This document shows, one piece after another, positions 56,301-64,000 of a stretch of 64,000 nt of DNA; position 1 is the first letter of the stretch, and each line of letters begins with the position of its first letter. This DNA is from Chrysomallon squamiferum. Its lineage: Eukaryota > Animalia > Mollusca. Position numbers and translations under genes: made by a program. The stretch is from the NCBI GenBank assembly GCA_012295275.1, contig CM022668.1, forward strand, positions 10,974,001-11,038,000, given 5' to 3'. The notes below the pieces were generated by a model, which made no database searches, was not told where the DNA came from, and saw nothing but the letters and a program-made list of their open reading frames with translations.

Positions 56301-59300
56301 TTTGTATGTGCCTAAGATGTGATTTTCTCAATTTGTGAAAGCTGTTTTTTTTTTAGTCTGATTTATAAGAATGTCAGAGTAATTTTATTTTTATTTACAT
56401 TCTTAAAATAGCTTTAATCATTTTTTCTAATCAGTTTCATCTAGATTTGTCGAAAATAATAAACATATTATTGTATTATAAGATTAATTCTATTAGTATT
56501 GCACGTACCGTTACCAGGGAAGAAAAACTTTCAAAAGAAGTACACAATTGCATATCGTAAATATTTAAATATTCTGAGTATGTGTTCGTGTTATGTTCCA
56601 GTTTGCTTCAGATATGCGATCTATGAAACATTTTAAAACACCTTCCTTTGTATTAGGATGCTCTGAAACATTTCTACAAAAGTGTCTGGTTTAAGAAAAG
56701 TACCAAAATTAAGAAGAAAAAAAATAAAAATAAAAATGAAACGAAAAATAAAATAAAAGAAAAGAAATAAGAAGAAAGAAAACATTATTTAAACTTTCAT
56801 TACGATTACTGATATTATTATTATTGTTATTATTATTATTATTATTATTATTAATTAATTAATTAATTTATATATTTAGTCATAGTTATTACTATTATTA
56901 TTACTATTATTAAAATTATTATTTTATTTAGAAAATTATTACTATTATTATTTTTATTGCTATTGTTGTTGTTATTATTACCAGTATTAACTATCTCAGT
57001 ATACTTTGTGTATGAAATACACTGGTAGCTGTCGGTTTTGATTTCATCAGATCTGAAAGACATTTATAATTAACTGTGTCCAACGCACTGCAATGTCTGA
57101 CATCAGCGTTTCACAAAACACCTGTTACAACTATCAAATTAATTGCATACAAAAACAGAGCAAATGTTTATTACACTGATTTTATTTTCCTCAAGTGTGA
57201 ACTGATTTAAAACATCAGTCATTTAAACACGAAATTAATAACTTGAGCGGATATCTTACTATGTGCACAGTGTGTGTTAATATATATCGCAGTATGCAGA
57301 TTGCTTTCTGCAGAGATAATCAAATTATGTATATTGAAGTAAACAAGAGGCAGCTGCTAAATGTTAATTGTTTTTATCAATATTTGTTTTCAGATCAAAA
57401 TTCATTTCAGAAGACTGGTCTACATTAGTGTGAAAATATTTCAAAATAAATTGAAACTATTCTCTTGTATACTTTAATAAAAGTATATTAACATCTATCA
57501 GAATATGTATGCATATTAAAAACATCTAGCTTATCTGAAGGAGACAAGTCGGAGGACGAAATTGCAAGACAAGTATTATTCTCCTATATCGTGTAACACA
57601 GACAAAGAATAATTAAATATTCACCTCTTTTGTAAGCGAAATCTGAGTGCATGTGTGTCGGTTGATGTACACAGGTGTATATGCATGTGTGAATATGTAT
57701 ACGAGCATGTACATATTAAAGTATGTAAATATGTGGGTATATATGTGTTAGTCTGTGTATGTATGTATGCTTGATATGTTTTTTTATCTATGTCATTTTA
57801 TGAGAATATGTATGAAGGTATGTGTCGGTCTGTTTTTTCTAAGTGTGTAACTGAATGTATGTATATGAGTGCATCACTATCTATTTTTTTGTCAAGCTAT
57901 TCATATTTCAATATAAATATACATATATGCATATATATATATGTGAATACGTATCTATGTATCTATGTATATCTGCATATATGTGTGTACGTAGTTTCGT
58001 TATCACACGTGTTGTATCTTGTAATTAAATCTGGTTACTACTCGTCTTGTATTGTGAGCGGTTTCTCTTTCCTATCAAGTAAAATGAATGCTAAGAAAGA
58101 TAATCACAGCTGGAGTCGAATTAAATATAAAGATACGCGTATAAATTAAACCCTACGTTAATGCACAACGGCCATTACTCACTGAAAAACAATGGTGCGA
58201 AATAAATATGTAGATATTTGTAAGTATTCGAATATTATTTGTTTGTTTGTTTGTTTATTTAGTTCTGTCTTTCTTTCTTTATTATTACTATTATTGTTGT
58301 TACTGTTATTTTTATTATAAGAAGTAGTAGTAGTAGTATAGGAATCAGATATTCAATATAGAGATGTAGAAAATAAGGAGTTTATATTCTGTGTGAACTA
58401 AACACATTACAGCAAACTTTGTGACAAATAGAAATGTTGACACCTTAAAGTACACTGTTACTTTTAAACAAAAACATAAAAGAAATATTGTTAAAGTCAG
58501 TTTTTTATTAACAGCTGGCTTTCGTTTATCTCAGAAGAATAAATGTTCAATGTTCGTATCTAAAGAAAATTACTGTGTTATCAGAGTTGAAACTCAGTGT
58601 GATAGAACAGATGTTCTCTGTGTTTAACTTGATTTTCAGGATTGAAATGAACAAAGGTGAAATTATATGTGTCATTCTCTGAAGATTTGACATTAAATCT
58701 CTGCTAGTGAAAATATTCATTTTAATAAAGAAATTAATCAAACGAAATAGAAATTATAATACTAGCAGTAGTAACAGCACAATTTTATAATAATAGTAAT
58801 GACGTCTTTCTCAAAATAAAAAAATAAAAATGAAATTGTAATAATAGAAGTTATTATTACTATATATTATCATTTTTAATCAATGTTATTTATATTGCAT
58901 TCAGTAATAATAGTTAACATTTACTTAACATATAGTTCATTCATGTGATTTATAAGTTTAATAATTTTTATTCTGTTCTGAGAAACACTGCAGTACGGCA
59001 CATTTAGTTAATCTTAGTGTTTTAAGTGATAACTAAGGGAATAGTACATTTCTGAACGAACGTAAACATTTCTTTTAAAAAGTAATCAAAATAGAAAAAA
59101 CAACAACAACACAGCAACAACATCAATAATTACGCCAAAACTCACCTATACGAACGAAACAAACATAGACGTCTACAAACAAATAAACAAAGGAAAAACT
59201 AAACTAAACAAGAATAAAATAAATTATTATTATTATTATTCTTATTTTATAATAGTGTCCAGCTGAAAAAAAGAACAAAAAACATTTTAATAAATAATTT

Positions 59301-59781
59301 AATCAGACTGAAGAGAACTTATTATTTGTATTACAATCACATAACACAAACACGTGTTTTTTCATCGTCTGATAAACTCAGCGTGACAAAAGAGCAGTAC
59401 ACAGCGATCCACTGACTTTTTAAAATAAAAATCAATAAACACGAAAATAATTTTAATATCTTTCAGAGGAAATTTTATCTTTTCTTTTAAGTTAATTGAT
59501 ATTTAGAACAGGTACGTCAGTAGATGAGATTTGACATTAAAACTGTCGTTTCAAAAATAGGTCTTTTAAGACAAAAATTATTAATATAAAACAGAAAGTA
59601 GTAGTTGTAGTAGTATTACCTAAATTAAGAAAAAAAGAAGAAAAATAAAACGAAAAATTAAATAAACAAAAAATAAGACTCTGATTACTATTACTGATTA
59701 TATTCTTGTTATTATTATTAATATTATTATTTTATTGATTTAGTCATAGTGATCACTATTATTATTACTATTACTATTATC

Positions 59782-59820
<39 letters not shown>

Positions 59821-62090
59821 TTATTTAGTCGTGGTTATTACTATTGTTATTTTTATTGCTATTGTTGTTGTTATTTTAACGAGTATTAACTATTTCAGTC
59901 TACTTTGTGTATGAAATACACTGGTCGCAGTCGGTTTTGATTTCATCAGATCTGGAAAACATTTATAATTAACTGTGTCCAACGCACTGCAATGTCTGAC
60001 ATCAGCGTTTCACAAAACACCTGTTACAACTATCAAACTAATTATATAGTAAAACAGAGCAAACGTTTATATACACTGATTTTATTTTCCTCAAGTGTGA
60101 ATTGATTTAATACATCAGTCATTTAAACACGAAATTAATAACTTGAGCGGATATCTTACTATGTGTACAATGTGTGTTAATGTATATCGCAGTATGCAGA
60201 TTGCTTTCTGCAGAGATAATCAAATTATGTATATTGAAATAAAGAAGAGAGAGCTGCTAAATGTTAATTGTTTTAATCAATATTTGTTTTCTGATCAGAA
60301 TTTATTTCAGAAGACTGGTGCACAGTAGAGTAAAAATATTTCAAAATAAATTTGAAACTATTCTCTTGTATACTTTAATAAAATTATGTTGTAAATGTAT
60401 TAGCATCTATCAGTTTATGTATGCATATTAAAAACATCTAGATTATCTGAAGGAGACAAGTCGGAGGACGAAATTGTAAGACAAGTACTGTTCTCCTATA
60501 TCGTGTTACACAGACAAAGTGTAACTAAATATTCACATGTTCCGTAACCGAAATCTGAGTGCGCGTGCATGTATGTGGGTTGATGTATACAGGTGTATAT
60601 ACATGTGTGTATATGTGGATCTGTGTATGTGAATGTGTACGTGAATGTGTATATGTTAATGTGTATATGTGAATATGTAAATGTGGATAGGTACATGTAC
60701 ATATTAAAGTTTGTAAGTACGTTTGTATCAATGTGTGTGTGTCTGTGCATGTATGTGTGTATGTATATAAGTGTGTATGCATGTATATGTTTATTTATCT
60801 ATGTCATTTTATAAGAATATGTATGAAAGCATGTGTGTATGTGTTTTTTCTATCCGTGTTATTGAATGTATGTATATGAGTGCTTCTGTATCTATTTATT
60901 TGTCAATGTATTTATGTGCGTACGGTTTCATGTTTCAATATAAATAGACACATATGTATGTATATATGTGAATACGTATCTATGTATCTAGGTATATCTG
61001 TATGTATGTGTGTACGTAGTTTCGTTATCACACGTGTTGTATCTTGTAATTAAATCTGGTTACTACTCGTCTTGTATTGTGAGCGGTTTCTCTTTCCTAT
61101 CAAGTAAAATGAATGCTAAGAAAGATAATCACAGCTGGAGTCGAATTAAATACAAAGATACGCGTATAAATTAAACCCTACGTTAATGCACAACGGCCAT
61201 TACTCACTGAAAAACAATGGTGCGAAATAAATATGTAGATATTTGTAAATATTCGAATATTATTTGTTTGTTTGTTTGTTTATTTAGTTCTGTCTTTCTT
61301 TCTTTATTATTACTATTATTGTTGTTACTGTTATTTTTATTATAAGAAGTAGTAGTAGTAGTAGTATAGGAATCAGATATTCAATATAGAGATGTAGAAA
61401 ATAAGGAGTTTATATTCTGTGTGAACTAAACACATTACAGCAAACTTTGTGACAAATAGAAATGTTGACACCTTAAAGTACACTGTTACTTTTAAATCGC
61501 TGATTTGATGGATTCTGAGAAAATGTGAGCGGCTCCTTATGATATAAGTTCCTATGTATGACAGGAACTGACTCAATGTTTATTCAGCTGTATTTAGTTA
61601 CTAAGAATTATAATTCAAAACATATGATATCAAACTTTACTTCGGATGTATTAGAAAAAACAAGAAACAAAAACGAAATAATTTATCAGTTAAAACTCAG
61701 AATGAAATGTTTGAAATTTAATACCAAAATTGTCTTGACACTTAAATCTAACCCTAATACTAACTCTACTACTAACCTAACCCTAACTATTTTGATCTTA
61801 TGAGATGTAGAATAGATTGAGTATTAACTATGACAACGTATGAAACTTTTAATACTGGCGTTATAAAGAGCTTCTGTTAAAACTAACAAATTAATTTACA
61901 GTTCAGCGGTCGATATAATAATACAACAAAAGTGTATGTACGCTGATTTTATTTGCTTCAAGTGCCATTTGATTTTAAACTTCTGTCATGAAAAGACGGA
62001 ATAAATAAAATCAGCAGTGTGTATTAACAGATATCACAGTATGCAGATTGCTTTCCACAGAGATAATAGAATTTTAGAATTTCTTCTATG

Positions 62091-62290
62091 NNNNNNNNNN
62101 NNNNNNNNNNNNNNNNNNNNNNNNNNNNNNNNNNNNNNNNNNNNNNNNNNNNNNNNNNNNNNNNNNNNNNNNNNNNNNNNNNNNNNNNNNNNNNNNNNNN
62201 NNNNNNNNNNNNNNNNNNNNNNNNNNNNNNNNNNNNNNNNNNNNNNNNNNNNNNNNNNNNNNNNNNNNNNNNNNNNNNNNNNNNNNNNNN
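62091..62290. other. Assembly gap (200 N)
   Basis: Run of N. Confidence 1.
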
Positions 62291-62919
62291 GATAATCTAG
62301 ACTGTTTTAATAATGCACATAAAACTGATAGATGCTAATACATTTACAACATAATTTTATTAAAGTATACAAGAGAATAGTTTCAAATTTATTTTGAAAT
62401 ATTTTTACTCTACTGTGCACCAGTCTTCTGAAATAAATTCTGATCAGAAAACAAATATTGATTAAAACAATTAACATTTAGCAGCTCTCTCTTCTTTATT
62501 TCAATATACATAATTTGATTATCTCTGCAGAAAGCAATCTGCATACTGCGATATACATTAACACACATTGTACACATAGTAAGATATCCGCTCAAGTTAT
62601 TAATTTCGTGTTTAAATGACTGATGTATTAAATCAATTCACACTTGAGGAAAATAAAATCAGTGTATATAAACGTTTGCTCTGTTTTACTATATAATTAG
62701 TTTGATAGTTGTAACAGGTGTTTTGTGAAACGCTGATGTCAGACATTGCAGTGCGTTGGACACAGTTAATTATAAATGTTTTCCAGATCTGATGAAATCA
62801 AAACCGACTGCGACCAGTGTATTTCATACACAAAAAGTAGACTGAAATAGTTAATACTCGTTAAAATAACAACAACAATAGCAATAAAAATAACAATAGT
62901 AATAACCACGACTAAATAA

Positions 62920-62952
<33 letters not shown>

Positions 62953-64000
62953 GATAATAGTAATAGTAATAATAATAGTGATCACTATGACTAAATCAAT
63001 AAAATAATAATATTAATAATAATAACAAGAATATAATCAGTAATAGTAATCAGAGTCTTATTTTTTGTTTATTTAATTTTTCGTTTTATTTTTTTCTTTT
63101 TTTTCTTAATTTAGGTAATACTACTACAACTACTACTTTCTGTTTTATATTAATAATTTTTGTCTTAAAAGACCTATTTTTGAAACGACAGTTTTAATGT
63201 CAAATCTCATCTACTGACGTACCTGTTCTAAATATCAATTAACTTAAAAGAAAAGATAAAATTTCCTCTGAAAGATATTAAAATTATTTTCGTGTTTATT
63301 GATTTTTATTTTAAAAAGTCAGTGGATCGCTGTGTACTGCTCTTTTGTCACGCTGAGTTTATCAGACGATGAAAAAACACGTGTTTGTGTTATGTGATTG
63401 TAATACAAATAATAAGTTCTCTTCAGTCTGATTAAATTATTTATTAAAATGTTTTTTGTTCTTTTTTTCAGCTGGACACTATTATAAAATAAGAATAATA
63501 ATAATAATAATTTATTTTATTCTTGTTTAGTTTAGTTTTTCCTTTGTTTATTTGTTTGTAGACGTCTATGTTTGTTTCGTTCGTATAGGTGAGTTTTGGC
63601 GTAATTATTGATGTTGTTGCTGTGTTGTTGTTGTTTTTTCTATTTTGATTACTTTTTAAAAGAAATGTTTACGTTCGTTCAGAAATGTACTATTCCCTTA
63701 GTTATCACTTAAAACACTAAGATTAACTAAATGTGCCGTACTGCAGTGTTTCTCAGAACAGAATAAAAATTATTAAACTTATAAATCACATGAATGAACT
63801 ATATGTTAAGTAAATGTTAACTATTATTACTGAATGCAATATAAATAACATTGATTAAAAATGATAATATATAGTAATAATAACTTCTATTATTACAATT
63901 TCATTTTTATTTTTTTATTTTGAGAAAGACGTCATTACTATTATTATAAAATTGTGCTGTTACTACTGCTAGTATTATAATTTTCTATTTCGTTTGATTA
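62291..64000 (-). repeat. Near-identical inverted copy of ~58735-60447
   Basis: Reverse complement matches almost base for base except at the noisy edge next to the gap. Confidence 0.9.

Overview
AT-rich, intron- and microsatellite-rich animal genomic DNA (inferred invertebrate, probably a mollusc or other lophotrochozoan) with two assembly gaps. The ORF track is almost all noise. Hand-splicing at GT-AG sites reveals a tandem cluster of one multi-exon gene family encoding predicted secreted, cysteine-rich proteins: signal-peptide exon, PAN/apple-like exon (234-240 bp), 4 to 8 EGF-like exons (93/99 bp), a 5-Cys ShK-like exon (111 bp) and a His/Cys-rich terminal exon, with every internal exon in phase 1-1. 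Copies: A (+, 5'-truncated by the window), B (+, intact), C (-, intact), D (-, pseudogene cut by a satellite), E (-, intact if a dead exon is skipped), plus relics F (fused ShK/terminal exon) and G (divergent EGF + terminal exon). The PAN exon diverges much faster than its flanking introns, EGF number varies and modules are mosaic, as in rapidly diversifying immune, venom or salivary recognition families. Intergenic DNA is nested segmental duplication with a deleted Tc1/mariner element, LINE relics, mini/microsatellites and a near-perfect inverted duplicate beside the last gap. Domain names come from motif recognition only; no database search was run.
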